Assembly: GCF_028641065.1 (NCBI RefSeq)
Contig: NC_073398.1
Location: 11,036,001 to 11,100,000, forward strand
DNA from: Leucoraja erinacea
Taxonomy: Eukaryota
Reading direction: 5' to 3'
DNA length: 64,000 nucleotides
Of this stretch, positions 1 to 14,289 are shown one piece after another; positions within the stretch are counted from its first letter, which is position 1, and every line of letters starts with the position of its first letter. The notes under the pieces are model-generated. The model did not search any database and was not told where the DNA came from. It saw only the letters and a list, made by a program, of their open reading frames with translations. The position numbers were made by a program, and so were the translations under genes.

Positions 1-109
1 CACCCCATCTGTAACCTCATTCATTTCCTCTCCACCAGAGCCCCATGCCTGCAGTGTGAACTGTGTGAATGTGTACAGAAGCATTGCAGTGGCTCATCCA
101 GGCCACTCT

Positions 110-372
110 GGTAATATGTTTAAGGTGAGAGAGGAAATATTTATTAGGAACCTGAGGGGTAACTTTTTCACACAAGGTGGTGGGTATATGGAATGGGCTG
201 CCAAATAAGGTAGTTGAGGCAGGTACTATAACAACATTTAAAATACATTTGGACAGGTACATGGATAGGAAAGGTTTAGTCAGATATGGACCAAATGCAG
301 GCAGGGGGGGGGACTAGTGTGGTCTGCATGGATGAGTTGGACCGAATGGCCTGTTTCCGTGCTGTATGACTC
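110..372 (+). mobile_element. CR1-clade LINE 3' end
   Basis: Encodes a degenerate GNFFTQ.VVGIWN.LP.KVVEAG C-terminus, followed by the gggcc..gcctgtttccgtgctgtatgactc tail. Confidence 0.75.
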
Positions 373-644
373 CGTGAACTCCCCACCAACAACCGCTACC
401 AAGTACAGAGCTAAAGGCAGCAGTTCGATGGGAACACCATCACTCACAGGTTGCCCTGCAGGTCACGCACCATCCTGATTTGGAAATCTGTCGCCATTCT
501 GTGTCATCTCTGGAACTCAGTATGCAAAGGCATTAAATGTCTGCCATATTCCTAGAGATAGATAGGGGTGAACACTGAATGCTAGCGTTGCCAGGGTGGC
601 CCCGATCATGAAAATGGTAAAAAGTGGTAAATCCATGCAGCGGC

Positions 645-915
645 TATCACAGTGCCTGCTGATCCCACTGTGGACCACTGAGGGTGGCATAGTCTGTGTT
701 GTGTTGTGCTCAAGTATTTTCACTTGTGTGTCATTATCTTTTGTGTTACCTGTTGAGTTAGTTCCCTATTTAAGTGCTGACATTTGTCTGTCATTGCTCA
801 GTCTTGGATTGTCCCATGCTGAGCCTTGTACTCTTGTTTATCAGGAGTCTAGTAAAAAGATGTTTGAGTAACTTACTTGTCTTCTCTGTGCTTGGGTCTT
901 CTCATCTCTTGATAT
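645..915 (+). mobile_element. Possible degenerate solo LTR (Gypsy-like)
   Basis: TATCAC...TTGATA ends resembling TGT...ACA, internal TATTTAAG and AGTAAA, and a ctctgtgcttgggtc 3' segment like fish Gypsy LTRs. No TSD seen. Confidence 0.3.
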
Positions 916-1892
916 GAGGCTTATTCCAGCTGATGAAGTCAGAGGCTGCAATACCAGTTCCATAGTCAGCTTCTGCACTGCCTCCAATAGAGGTTCTGTA
1001 TTAGGAGCACAGCCAGCTTGCACTTGTAAGCGAGAGTCAGACAAAAAATACTGGACTGCTCAGCAGGTCAGGCAGCATCCATGGGGAAAGAAACAGACAA
1101 AATGTTTTCAGAGCTATCTTCTTTCCCAACCTGAATATAATGAACTTTATTTCTCTCTATACATCTGCTGCCTGACCTGTTGCACATTGCCAGCATTTTC
1201 TGTACAATATCAGATTGCTAATATTTGCAGTATTTTAGTGCTGGATGGCATTCTTAGCGAGTGATGGTTTCCAAGTTAAATGAACCGTTAAATTAATTGA
1301 CTGGTAGTTGTGAGGGCAAGTCACAAATGGAGGGAGTTAGGTTGGTGTATTGCCCCCATTTTATGGTGCTGTCCATTTCTCCACACTTCTTAAAATGAGC
1401 CTTTCATAACTGCAAAAATAGTTGTTGCAGATAGCATGTGACAGCTAAAGGGTCTATTTTTAAAGCTGAAAATATCATTTTACTTACAAAATTGACACGG
1501 GAAACCAAAATTGGAAGCTTTAGTGATGAAGTATTTCACCATTTACATGGTGTGCTTCCATTTCAAGCAACACTTTGCTTGGAACCTTCCTGAATTGATA
1601 GTTGTGATGAAAACAAGGCTTCAAACTACTCACTGTAGCTTCACAATCTGCCTTTAGGAAAAGCTATTTTGGTCTCAAGAATTTATTTTACTTATAACTT
1701 GCACATTCCGGTGACAAATCTCCCAAATGATTACTTAACAGTTTTGAAATTAAAATTAATAATGGTGTGAAAATAGCATCCAGACTGCACTTTGTGGACA
1801 GAAATCATTAATAATCTTGGAAGTTTGCATTCCTCTGCTCAATGATAAATATAGAGCAAGGGAAAGATAGTTTCTGGGATAATATTCCTGCT

Positions 1893-2197
1893 GGGCAGCA
1901 CAGTGGCATAGCAGTAAAGTTTCTGCCTTACAGTGCCAGAGATCTGGGTTTGATCCTGACTACGGGCGCTGTCTGTACGGAGTTTGTATGTTCTCCCCGT
2001 GAGCTGCGTGGGTATTCTCCGGGATCTCTGATTTCCTCCCATACTCCAAAGACGCACAGGTTTGCAGCTTAATTGGCTTTGGTAAAATTGTAAATTGCCC
2101 CTAGTGTGTGTAGGATAGTGTAAGTGTGTGGGGATCGATGGTCGGCATGGGCTCGGTGGACCGAAGGGCCTGTTTCCGTGCCCTTTCACTAAACTAA
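1893..2197 (+). mobile_element. tRNA-derived SINE (HE1/V-SINE-like)
   Basis: A/B-box head, central ggagtttgtatgttctccccgtg...ctccaaagac domain, CR1-like tail and (ctaaa)n end. Confidence 0.85.
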
Positions 2198-2269
2198 GCA
2201 TCCTGGAACTAAATGCAGATTGATGAGTTAGTTTGTGTTGCATTGCCAGAAGTGGTGTTGAATAAATTG

Positions 2270-2660
2270 AATACATTTCATTAGCCAAGTATGTATACAT
2301 ACAAGGAATTTGCCTTGGTGCTTTGCTCACATGGATAAAAACACAATATACAGTAGACAATTAAAAATAAAACATTATTACTTAAAATTATGAAAATAAA
2401 ATACCAGAGCAAAAAGAGGCTAAAGACTTTTGGCTGTTGAGTAGAGTTACTGCTCGTGGGGAAAAAAGCTGCTTTTATGTCTGGCTTTGATGGTCTGGAC
2501 TCGCCTTCCAGAGGAAAGTGCTGCAAAGAGTTTGTGGCCAGGGTGAGAGGGGTCCGAGATGATCTTGCCCGCTGCTTTCTGGCCCTTGCAGTGACCAGTT
2601 CGTCAATGGGGGGAAGGTTGCAGCCAACAGCCTTCTCAGCTGATCGAACAGTGTTGGGCA
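2270..2660 (-). mobile_element. Rex1/Babar LINE 3' fragment
   Basis: Minus frame gives VRSAEKAVGCNLPPIDEL...ARARK, followed by an AATAAA-type tail. Confidence 0.75.
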
Positions 2661-3468
2661 ATAAGGCATCCAACAAACAGGGACAAATGAAACTGCAGAT
2701 GCTGCTTGACAAAAAAGGACAGAGTGCTGGAGTAACTCGGTTCAGGCAGCATCTCTGGAGAACATGGACGGGTGATATTTTGGGATGGGATTTGAGGGCC
2801 CATTGAAAGGAGTAGGATGAATGGAAAATTACGGTGGACACCAGTGTCCTTGCTCATCCTGCCGAACCTTCTGTATAATGTGCTGGAGAAACTCAACAGG
2901 TCAGGCAGCATCTGTTGAAGGAACAGTCAGGTGATGTTTCAGGCCAGGATCTTTCTCGAGACTGGTTGTAGTAGAGGTTTGCCTAGTCATCTTGCGTATC
3001 TGTCGTTTTGCCTTTTTCCTGGCCTTTTCTGACAGGCACCTAATATATTGCTACACTAAACTATATTCTCAGAGATGATTGAGGATTAGACAACAATCAT
3101 TTGAGGTTTAAAGTACCAAATTGCTTATGTTAATTTAATAATCATTCAATGGCCAAAGGCAATCATAAGCACTAGCCTACTTTGGCTCCGCAGGAGTAAT
3201 TACAACAGCGCACAGCTACAGATAAAATAGACCGACATTGGCACCACAGATTTTATAATAGCATGTCTGTATGAACAATTTACAGGATGTTGTAGCTTGC
3301 ATTATTTATCACCATGAGCTGACAAGAAAGAATAAATGGTGATTGTACATACAATGGCTGCAGTCGGAGGTCTATCACAGATGGGTGCACAGACAGGGCA
3401 GAAAGTCTTCAAAGAAGCACTGAGAGTATCACAAGCAAGAAAAGTCTTAGGAACAACCAAACTCTAAA

Positions 3469-3610
3469 TTTGTGTTGGAAGGAATGGCAGATGCTGGTTT
3501 GAACCGAAAATAGAGCAAAAAAAGCTGGAGTAACTCAGCGGGTCAGACAGCATCTCTGGAGAAATGTAATAGGTGATGTTTCGGGTCGAACTGAAACGTC
3601 ACCTATTCCA
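3469..3610. mobile_element. Penelope-derived fold-back insert with 10-bp TSD
   Basis: aaactctaaa at 3459-3468 and 3611-3620; arm sequence shared with other copies. Confidence 0.7.
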
Positions 3611-4612
3611 AAACTCTAAACTTCCCAGTAACACAGATTCTCAAGATATTTTGATGAATGGTTAGGGTACATTCAGTCATAGCAATGTGCAATGTATGGT
3701 TGACATAACACTTAACATTGTCAATGTTTATATTCTGATTAAAATGTTGATCAAAAAGTGATGTAGACTATCCTATGGATTGTCAACCTATGGATTCTTT
3801 TATGAAACATCCAACATGAATTGTAGTCAGTTTACCCTCCAGATATCAATGGCCATTTTAAACAGCTGCAGCCTCATCACATATTTGTCAGGTCAATGAA
3901 TTGGAAAAAATAAATTCTGTTCCACTGCCAACAATCTGTTTTCATCATCTTAATCCTGACTCTGTGACTCTTGACCGACTAGTCTAAGTAACTCGAATCT
4001 TTATAAATTCCATGTAAGGCCTATATTAGGATTACTTGGATAAACTTGTGTCTATCTTCGATTTAACCCAGCTTTTTGCAGTTCCTTCTTATACACATTA
4101 GGATTACTTAGAACAGGCTTTTTCCAGAATCAATGAACAAGATGAATTTCATAAATACTCCAACGAAGCTAATGTTCCCAATACTCCTGATGTTCATATA
4201 TGGGTAATGTGATACGTTCATGTGATAGGAGCGGAATTAGGCCATTCTGTCCATCAAGTCTACTCTGCCATTCAGTCATAGCTGATCTATCTCTCCCTCT
4301 TAACCCCATTCTCCTGTCTTCTCCCCATAACCCCTGACACCCGTACTAATCAAGTGTTGCTCCTGTAATACACTAATTCAGAGCTTTACCATAAAACTGC
4401 ACCAAACATTTGGGATATGGTTCAGTTTAACCACTATTCCGGGCAGTGGGTGTTGGTCTGAAGGAGTAGACCCATCAAAGAGGAGATTTTCCACGGGCTA
4501 CACTGGGCCTCGAGCTTGGACAATTTACAGTCCATATTTGGCAGATCTAGTTGTCATCTCTCAGGGATCCCCAGAAATGGTCTTTGGAAATACGATGCAC
4601 AGCATTCTGAAC

Positions 4613-4746
4613 CAGTCTGAAGAAGGGTCCCAAACCAAAATGTCACCCTTCCTTTGTCTCCAGAGATGCTGCCTGACCCACTGAGTTACTCCAACATTTC
4701 GCTTCTATCCACAGTATAAACTAGCATCTGCAGTTCCTTTCTACGC
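4613..4746 (+). mobile_element. Penelope-derived terminal arm with degenerate hammerhead motif
   Basis: ctgaagaagggtcccaaaccaaaatgtcacc...ccagagatgctgcctgacc...gcatctgcagttcctt. Confidence 0.7.
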
Positions 4747-7700
4747 ACCATGAACCCAATACAGATAGCACATTTATCCGGCACCACTCAGTACACCAGG
4801 TCTCATCACTCAACCACCAACAATCACGATTAATAAGGGCATGTTCATAACTTCAAATGCTTCACTCTACCTTTCTACATGTTATAGTGGTACAAGTTTA
4901 ACACTCATGACCTACAGCCTGCTGTGAATATACAACAGCCACATTAATCAAATGCATTAATGTTGCTCCCAGGTTTTATCTCACCTTATAGTCAGAACAC
5001 AGGAGGTCATTCAGTCGACTAGGTCAATGCTGGTTCTCAATGAACTATCCAATTATTCCCACTGCCGCATCCTTAATTCCCTCTACCCTGCAGTTCATTA
5101 CCCTTCCCCTATGACCATCAACTCCTCTTTAAGCAAAACACAAACTGCTGGTGAAACTTTGAGTTCCTCCAGCACTTTGTTTTATTTCTCAAGCTTCAAG
5201 CATCTGCAGTCTCTTGTGTCTCCATTTGCCGGACACAAGACAATTGAATATCACATTACAGCCAAGGGCAAGCCGACCCACACTAGGAATGGGAGACGGT
5301 TAGTAGAAAGTCAGGGATTCACTCCGATTATCGGTCTTCTTGTCCATCAAATCATATCCAAACAATAATTAAAACTGTTACAGATAAATAAAATACCTCA
5401 GACGTAATAAAATGCAAAAAGATGAAAGGCACAAGAAGCCACCCCAGAAGCAACTGCTGCCGAACAGAGCCATGTTTAAGAGACTACTGCTTAAAGGCTA
5501 AAGTATAGGGTTGCGAATATCAGAATGCCTATTCAAAAGATATAGAAGTGGACGTTGCCGGATCGAGTAGGCTAAGTTTTCCTATGTCGAACCTGAGTGC
5601 TGTGTACAATATATTCAGGACTTTCTTACCTGAGCTGCGCAAGAGTATATAGCCACCATAGCATAGCTCTACTGGCATATAGAAATCGATTCATTCAATA
5701 GTGCACAAAGCACTCTACTCGAGTGTGATTTTTTTTTCCAAAAAAACCAATCACAATAAGTGGACAAATGAAACAGTACGTGGAGTAACGCCCGAGAGGC
5801 TCGTGCGCCACGAGACGTCACACTATAAGACATGGACAGCTCGTAGCACGTTTGCTAAAACGGCCAGGACTCAGCGAAACGCAAGACGTACGTCGACAGG
5901 ACTATTTATACACTATGTTGCAATAAAATGTCCGTTGAAGCGCAGAAGACCGAAGGTCTACCCATACTGATAAAGACGGCCTACTCACCAAAGATCGTGA
6001 TACGTTGTATGTGCGATTCATTCAAGCGCCGCCAGACAGCCTCGTGGAAGACTACTTAGAATGAAATCGCAGTAAAGTGAGACAGCTTACCGACTTTGAA
6101 ATGAGTGCAAATCGGTTGGCCAGGCTATGCAATCGTGCGGCCGTCTCTGATCGACCGCCGCTGCTTATTATGAAGACATGCTCGCACCTCTTTTTGTTTC
6201 CTCATATAGAATCCCTTGATGCGTGAAGGAGGTCTAGTCCCGTGAATGAGAACCAAGCAGCACCTGTTCACCCCCCCCTTTTTTTTTATCTCTCCCTGTT
6301 ATGTACGTATAGTCTCTTTACATATTCACATAATTCTGTCTCCCCCCTTTATACTGTGTGACCCTGCAGCAAAGCCAAGAAATCTCATTTTCCTCATCCG
6401 AGCCGACATTAATGACAATAAAACACTACTGCAAGCTACGTTTTCTAGAAAGAATTTGATCTCGACTATGACCAATAGTCACCCATTCTTCACTATCCAG
6501 ATGATAAGCCTAGCCTGTGGCTACCCACTGAGATTACTCCGCATTCCTGTGCCCCTACCACATTTTGTAACCCTCCTTTACCCTTCCTCGATAGTAGTTC
6601 AGCCTGCTTGTACAGAAGAAACAGGCAATAGCAAAGCTCGTGAAACCAGTCAGACACGCCTCCTAACTGTACACTATTAGAAGCGTTCAAGAGCACGTAA
6701 TTTGTACTATTCATTCCTATTCAGAAGATGTAAATTGCCAGCACATTGCCACCTCACAGTATATGAATTGAGCACACTATATGTCCTCGCTTTATAACCC
6801 AGACCCGGGACTCAACTGTTGCCCACGACAGGGCCCTACCGCACTGTATATTGCCCAGACTCGTATGTATAAAGACGGAGCCTATATATATGATAATACA
6901 CCACTAAAAAATGTGCTTAGCAACCTAAATAAAATAAGGTGGTTACTAACTAATTTGCCAAGATATGCGGCAATTTAAGCGCTAGAAGCCTTGGTCAGCC
7001 GTAGCCAACATGCCTACAATGGTACACTGCTTCTTTTCTCTTAATGGTGCTAGATAGATATTCACTCCTTGACCTGTCCTCGATGTCATGATTTCAAGCT
7101 CATCGAATGATGCCCCTGATATATCAAGATCACTCCAGCACCCATTTGACGCTATCACCACGGTATTCTCCAAACCTGGCGCCAAGGCAAGATGATGCGT
7201 TGACTCAGGAGACCCGCTCAGAATGTGCAAGATCCAAGACGGCGCCTAGGAAGCACTTTGGTGAGCATAGTCATTCAGAACCAGATGTGACCACCGCTGC
7301 CCACAGCCCTGCCGCCCTGTAAGTGTTGAGCCAGTAGCACCCCTTTCCCTGCCCTCGAACTTTCTCAATGATAAGGATGGACCTCTGCCCCCCCTAGTTT
7401 CACTCATTGCAGATGGCATGCCCATGCGGATTACCAGAAAGGGAGCCCCCGTTAGATACAAAGGCATGTCTCCAGTGCTTGCCCCATTGTACCCACGAAC
7501 CCCAGATTGCCGATGACAATATATCTGCTTGCTACTGCAAAGATTAATTCTCGTGGTGCCCGAAGGACATTGGCCTATGCATGAATCTATACCTTCAACC
7601 CACTCTTCATGCATACCAGGTACTCTGCCTACTGAAATCCGACTACTCGTATACACACCTTTAGCTCGCAAAGGATATCGGCCGAGTAAGCCGACGTATC

Positions 7701-10629
7701 CATCCCCATGCCCTCTACCCGAAACTACTGGCTCGCTAGGAACACTATCACCTTACCAAACTAACATACCTGGCGTATAAGTTCTACCTTATAAACTAGC
7801 CATCAACTCCTTGAGCAGCAGATTATGAGCAAGAATATATCAGGCCTAGGTATTCTTATAGACCCTGATAAGATTAGATAATCCAATAGGACATATATTG
7901 ATCATATGACTCCTGCCCAATTATTACATAATTCCATAATAATCATAATAATAATCAAGCCTCCACTACACTGTGCACTGTTATGCGCTCAGTAGCGTAA
8001 CTCCAGCATAATCAATTGACCAGGCAGCCGTTCACTCTGCATACTTCGACCCGTAAAAATACCCAAAGGCGGAGGGCCACAACAGTAAGAAGAACCGTTG
8101 AAACAGCCACTAGCTCCTAGGTTCAGAGCAGAACAGTATTATGCTTCCATTCGGTACGTACTAAGCCGCAATTAATCTGATCGCTAACTCACAGCTCAAA
8201 GCAGATTGCGGTGCCGGTCAGATGCCCAACCATTTTCTACCTCCATTGGCCAAGTACCTAACGTTATAGCCAAATGCCTAGTCTAGCACGCGGTCTTTTG
8301 CGTGTACTAATTCTGGGGGCTTGATGATAGATCCACAGATATGACAATCATACTACTGATAGGAAGTTCTGACAGTCCATCTTATGGGGTATAAATAAAC
8401 AAGCAAACTGCAGATAATGAGCTGCGTATCTATAACCAAAGAAATATACAAAACAGATGGATGTAACATGTCAATTGTCAGTGCCAGATTGTCTTACCCC
8501 TCCCCTACCCCCCCGACCTTAACATTCAGACTCTGAAGAAGTGATCCTGAGGTCAAACTGTCCACCTATCCATAGCCCACTAATAATCAATAGATGCGCC
8601 TGCCACCATAGGCGTCTTTGCTGAGTGAAATCCAGCACTTTAGTTCTTTTCTATTTAGCCTAATCATGTTAGGTTCGAGGTTTTATTTATTGTCGATGCT
8701 GCACCCACATGTCAAGGTACCAGGCATGCAACCGCTGGTATTAAACTGCCCTTTTGTGGCGCCTATCTATATCATATATGATAATATGTATGTTTTTTTA
8801 ATACAGGCCCAAGTGTCAAACCAAGTGTTGATACCATCGGCAGTGAAGCCCGCGCTCAGTAACTGAGGACAATGATTGCTAAGAGAAGCTATACGAGACA
8901 GCATGGACACTATGTACATAAATCATGGATGAGTTGCTGCAAAGCACTCCTTCCATCAAACCCCTGAAAATACCCCTAATTATTGATCTATAGGTGCAAA
9001 TCAATGTACTCACTGCCAAGGTAGTGCCAGGACGGCCCCCGTAGTTAACGTTGAGCCAGAGATGACAACCAATAAACGTAACCAAAAGCAGAATCGGGCA
9101 GACTATGAACTCTTGAAATTCTGATCAGTATAACATCTCTTCGTCTGCCAAACAATTATACGCCAATTGACAAGACATTTATTTAGAAGAAGGCACATCC
9201 GGGTGATGGCCATCTTTTTAGAGAGTGTGACATTGAGCCCCATTGTATAAAGGAGTGCTAACAGGCTATGCAAGTTCATTCAATGCCAAGCAATAATAAA
9301 ATAAGACCTACCAGTAGAAAGCAGCAGAACTAAAAAATATTGTTTTGGTTGTTATATTATAAATATTTTACTGTCCACAATAGCGCTCTATTATTTATGG
9401 TTTTCTCCATACATCAGAGGTATGAGAACTACAGCTAATTAACCAGCGTTTGCAGATCATCCAATACCAACTATATTGATCGAGTTTGATCGGATACCAT
9501 TTAAGCATTAGCTTTATTTCCTTACATCAAGGCGCTTGCGAAGCGTTGGAACCAAGAACGCAAGCCTTTCCTCTTATGACATACAACCGAACAGACATTC
9601 ATATGATTCTTATCATCCTTTTTCTGTATTTGGTCGACTCCATGTAATTCAACCATGTATTTTTACCATTATCACTTCCACACCTCATAAAAGATAGAAA
9701 GCTACAACACCTTAGGCGCAATCAGGCCCTTCAGCTCCGCTAACATGTGTGTTTTTAAGCTCTGACATAGATAGCCCCAAGTTGTTAAAATGCACTCGTA
9801 CCATGATCCATATGCCGTTCCCTATGTCTGCACTAGCCACCCATCGACCTTATCTAAAAGATCTCTAAATGCTCACAATGGTAATCTCGCCTCCAGCCTA
9901 TGCCCCCTATCAGGCCCGCAGCAGATTCAGACTACTCAAATCCACTACATCTGTAGTAAAAAAAACTTGCCATCACCTCTCACATCGACATTAAACGCTT
10001 ACCCCCTCGGCAACTTATAAAACTATGCCCCACTATGTGTATGGACATTTCCTCCTGGGCAACAAAGATACCACAGATGTACACCCTCATTATATATGCC
10101 CTTTCAAATTTCAAATGCAAAATGTCATCCTATGAAATCCAACAATCAGCGCTGCAAAAGGTGCTTAACATTGCTTTGCGGGACAATACAATCTTCCCTT
10201 CCCAACTGCCCCCCCTCCTACGATGAAATATCTTGAAACTAAATTAAACTAAAAATAAGCAGAACTGTGCTGGAGCCTGTTTAGGATGTTAGCTATGCCA
10301 GTCCCTCCGTGTGATGTGTGGAGTATTCACTGTTCTAGTCCTACTCACCTTTTTTCCTCAACGCTCTCTCCAGTAGAACGGGAGGTGTGTCAGTAGGTAG
10401 TTTCCTACTCTCACCCTGAAGTAGAAAACATCCTGTGAGTCTCCAGCTTTGACTCAAGGGCCACAGCTGATTTTACCTTGTGATCAATTTTGATGTAACA
10501 CATTCATAAAATTAAAGCCCGTCTGTCACGCACTGCTGAGTCTCCCCAGCTGTTACTGTAAACACCAGACTGCATCTCTGTTTCTCAAATGATCTGACCT
10601 AGCCTCCTCTTCTGAAACAACATTTATAC

Positions 10630-11115
10630 GTTAGTTTATTGTCACGTGTACCGAGGTACAGTTAAAAAGTTTTTGTTGCATGCTAACCAGTCAGTGGAAA
10701 GACAATACAAAATTACATTCGAGCCATCCAGAGTGTACAGATACGTAATAAGGGAATAACGTTTAGTGCAAGGTAAAACCAGTAAAGTCCTATCAAGATA
10801 GCCAAGAGTCACCATGAGGTAGATAGTAGTTCAGGACTGCTCACTAGTTGTCATAGGGTGATTCAGTTGCCTGATAATAACTGGGAAGAAACTGTCCCTG
10901 AATCTGGAAGTGTGCATCTTCACACTTCTATACCTTTTGCCCGATGGGAGAGGGGAGAAGAAGGAGATGCTAGGGTGCGACTCATCGTTGAATATGCTGC
11001 TGGCCTTGCCGAGGCAGCATGAGGTGTCAATGCAAGGGAGGTTGGTTTGTGTGATGGTCTGGGCAGCATCCACATTTTGCTGCAGTGTTCCCAAACCAAG
11101 CTGTGATGCTTCCTG
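10630..11115 (-). mobile_element. Rex1/Babar LINE 3' end
   Basis: ORF 10831-11094 reads SPLPSGKRYRSVKMHTSRFRDSFFP; tail gtgacaataaactaa. Confidence 0.85.
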
Positions 11116-11394
11116 ACACGCTCCACATTCACATTTCTTGGGCTCGATAGTTAATTATTCACCACCCATCCATTGCACAGCCCAAAATCAGAACTTGCCC
11201 AGTTACCACGTGACGGTTCTTTGCTGTTCAAATTATCACACAATGGCAAAATCCTCCACTTGTTTCTGTCACTTGGCCCCCAGCACTGGGGGTTGTGAAT
11301 GTATGTTTTCAAATGTATAAATCATTTATAAATGTATAGGGGACAAATCATTCTCCACAATAATCCAAAACACTTGTGCTCTGCATGGATGATT

Positions 11395-11820
11395 TCTCAG
11401 CCCCCTTATTTATCCACCTCACCCACGACTGTGCAGCCAAGTACAAAGCCAACTCCATTTACAAATTTACGGACGACACCACCATAATGGGTCGGATATC
11501 AAACAATGATAAGGAAGGAGATTGAGAATCTCATAACCTTATGTCGGGACAACAACGTGGGCTAGGTAGAGGAGGTAGTGATTGAGTTCAGGAAGCGAAG
11601 CACTACACATGTCCGGGTATATACTGACGGTGCCAAAGTAGAGATGGTTGAAAGCTTCAAGTTCCTAGGAATAAATATCACCACCACTTGGCCTGGACTG
11701 CCCATATCGAAACAATGACCAAGCATGCACACCGATGCCTCTGCTTCTTTAGAAGGCATCGGAAGTTTGGCATGTCCCCTACAACTTTTACCAACTTCTA
11801 CAGATGTGCTGTAGAAACCC
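11395..11820 (+). mobile_element. Rex1/Babar RT fragment
   Basis: Encodes SIYKFTDDTT (FADD-like), EMVESFKFLGI and RLCFFRRHRKFGMSPTTFTNFYRCAVE. Confidence 0.8.
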
Positions 11821-12149
11821 AGAAATGTAACTGGACCAGCCATTTAATCAAGTTGGCTACAAGAGCAGGTTACAGATTGGGCCCTGCACCAAGTAACTCA
11901 CCTCTTACCTTCTCAAACCCTTTTCCACCATGGACAAGACATGTCAGATGTGTGATTAGATAACTACTCTAAACATATACTTGGCATCACCCTGGACAAT
12001 TAGTTTGAGTTGGTCACACAATAAATGTGCATTCCTTCCACTGCAGATGCATCATTTGTGTAGTATGTAGCATAAAGAATATACCACTGAGGCTTCTCAG
12101 ACAGGGCAATCCAAACCCATGTCTTCATTCTCTGAGAAGGAAAATGCAT

Positions 12150-13140
12150 CTCTGAGATGGTCTGTAGGGGCACAAGGCATCCTGATCAAAGTGGCTACAC
12201 CACTCTCAATGTCAAAGTGGAGCATCAGAAGCCCACCATTCTCGAGAGCCTTTGCAAACTGTGTCTTTAGTAGTATCCGTTTTGTCGGTTGTCTTTCTCC
12301 AGCTTTTCCAATATTCCTGATCTGAGGAGCACGGAACAACTTCAGCTTCCTCTTTTTTACAGTATTTCTTCTGGCATTTTTGTCCTCCATACACTCGCTC
12401 CTTTCAGCAGATTCCTCTCTGGGGAATGCCTCAGGCATGATCTCAGTTTGGATGCATCTACCTGGGGATTGTTCGGCCGACCATTGTGAACCCAATGACA
12501 GCAGACAGCAATATGTGTACAAGCCTTAACACAATGCTCAGTCTGTGTCTTCAGTGCTATTAAATGTTGAACATACTGAGAATGAGCAGCACCATTCATA
12601 CTTCAGATCAATGTGATTGAAAATCTCACCAGGAATGCAGTTTGGATGCTACCTTCCCATTGACAATATCTGGGAGCTCTGGATGCCAGCATAATAGCAC
12701 TGGGCAATGAATTTCTAAAGCTAAGAAGTCCACGCTTGCTAACAGCCCAGAAATGTTCACAAAGCTCTTCAACACAAAAGCAATGCCCTGTTGGCTGCAC
12801 AATGCTGTTGTTTTGATGGCCACTAACCAGATGAATTTCTAATCCACAGGTCTTTCCTCCTGCTATCCATTTTCCCCCTATATTAGTTGACAAGTATTGA
12901 CATTGCAAGATGACACTAAGTGATGGCATTGTAATCAGTTACAAAGGGTTTATGAATCGGTGCATGCCTGAGGATGAATTCAATGATTCCCACACTCCAG
13001 ATGCAGTGCAGACAAAGTGTGGGCCTGGGTACAGCGTTTGCTCTGGTTCCTGGTGGAAGCTTTCTGGTATTCTGCCGTGATCAGAGGCTTTCAACAAACT
13101 CTCAGCAACCGTGCTAACTTTCCACACAACATTGGAAGCG
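12150..13140 (-). mobile_element. Highly degenerate RTE-like LINE RT fragment
   Basis: Colinear frameshifted remnants (GIPE..., GLEI, NGKVASKL, IALKTQ..CVKA, VDASKLR, TVKKRKLKLF) resemble the C-terminal half of RTE-clade RT. Recognised by eye. Confidence 0.5.
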
Positions 13141-13142
13141 CA

Positions 13143-13438
13143 GGGTGGCACAGTTGCGCAGCGGTAGTTGCCTTACAGCGCCAGAGACCCAGGCTCAATC
13201 CTGACTATGGATGCTGTCTTTTCATGAGTTTGTACGTTCTCCCTGTGACCTTGTGGGTTACCTCTACATGCTCTTGTTTCCTCCCACACTGCATAATGTA
13301 CAGGCTTGTAGGTTAATTGGCTTCGGTAAAATTGTAAATTGTCCCTAGTGTGTAGGATAGTGTTAGTGTACAGGGTGATTGTTGGTCAGGGTAGACTAGG
13401 TGGGCCGAAGGGCCTGTTTCTGCGCTGTATCTCTAAAA
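13143..13438 (+). mobile_element. tRNA-derived SINE (HE1/V-SINE-like)
   Basis: Same family as 1893-2197. Confidence 0.85.
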
Positions 13439-14289
13439 CAAGGAGCACTGTACAGGAGGAATATTAATTAGACAGCAAGCACCAAGCAAGTGCTTCTCTG
13501 TGAATCTGTTGCCACTTGATCAGCTGGGTCACACCTGCCGTATCTCCATAAGGCTGTACAAACAGATCAAGGCCAAGATGTGATTCCATTTCAGTGAGGA
13601 TCAGGTGTCAGCGATCACTTCCATCCAAATAATGAAATATGGTAAATACAAGGGCAGCTTTTATTATTCATCATTTCTAGATCGGATTGCACAGGGTCCT
13701 GAGGTTCTTTAGTCCATCTGGTGAGCAAAGCCATGTTGTTGCGAGTATTTACATGTAGGATAAATGTAATATAATGAAGTGCTGCAGGTTCGGACTGTGA
13801 TCTCCAGGCATGAAAGTTAGATCGCCGTTACTTCGATATCGACTCTCAATACATTTATCAGGAAAGAGGCTAATACAAATCTGTAAAGCTGTAAATCAAA
13901 TTTGGTTGGATTGAAGAAAGAAGACAAAGTGCTGGAGGAACTCAGTGGGTCAGACAACGTCTCTGAAGAACGTGGCTAGGTGACATTTCTGGGTTGGGAC
14001 CCTTCTCAGATAGAAGCTTGGTTTAACTTCTCAGCTTTAAGGGTGTATCTCTGACACTATAGCTCTCTCATAGTATTGTAGTGGAATCAAGTCACTGGAG
14101 TAGGGCAGGAACACACAGTCTACTGACAGAGCCAAAGCTGCTTTACAGCACAACGACATATATGGCAGTTTAGTTGCATGTAACTCGTTAGAACTTAATG
14201 TCCTTTCGCTATTCAACAGAACATTCATCCATCAAGCCTCTTCCATTCGGGAGGTACACACTCCTGCATTACAAAACAATATCACCAAT

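Noticed and set aside
1893-1975. tRNA-like A/B boxes
   Set aside because: SINE heads rather than tRNA genes; no complete cloverleaf.
5701-10226. Short ORFs suggesting a viral or foreign insert
   Set aside because: No recognisable domains; embedded host repeats are garbled, pointing to sequence error.
12603-12929. hAT/DUF4371-like transposase impression (AIKTTALCSQQGIAF)
   Set aside because: Flanking frames fit a colinear RTE-like RT better; no TIRs found.
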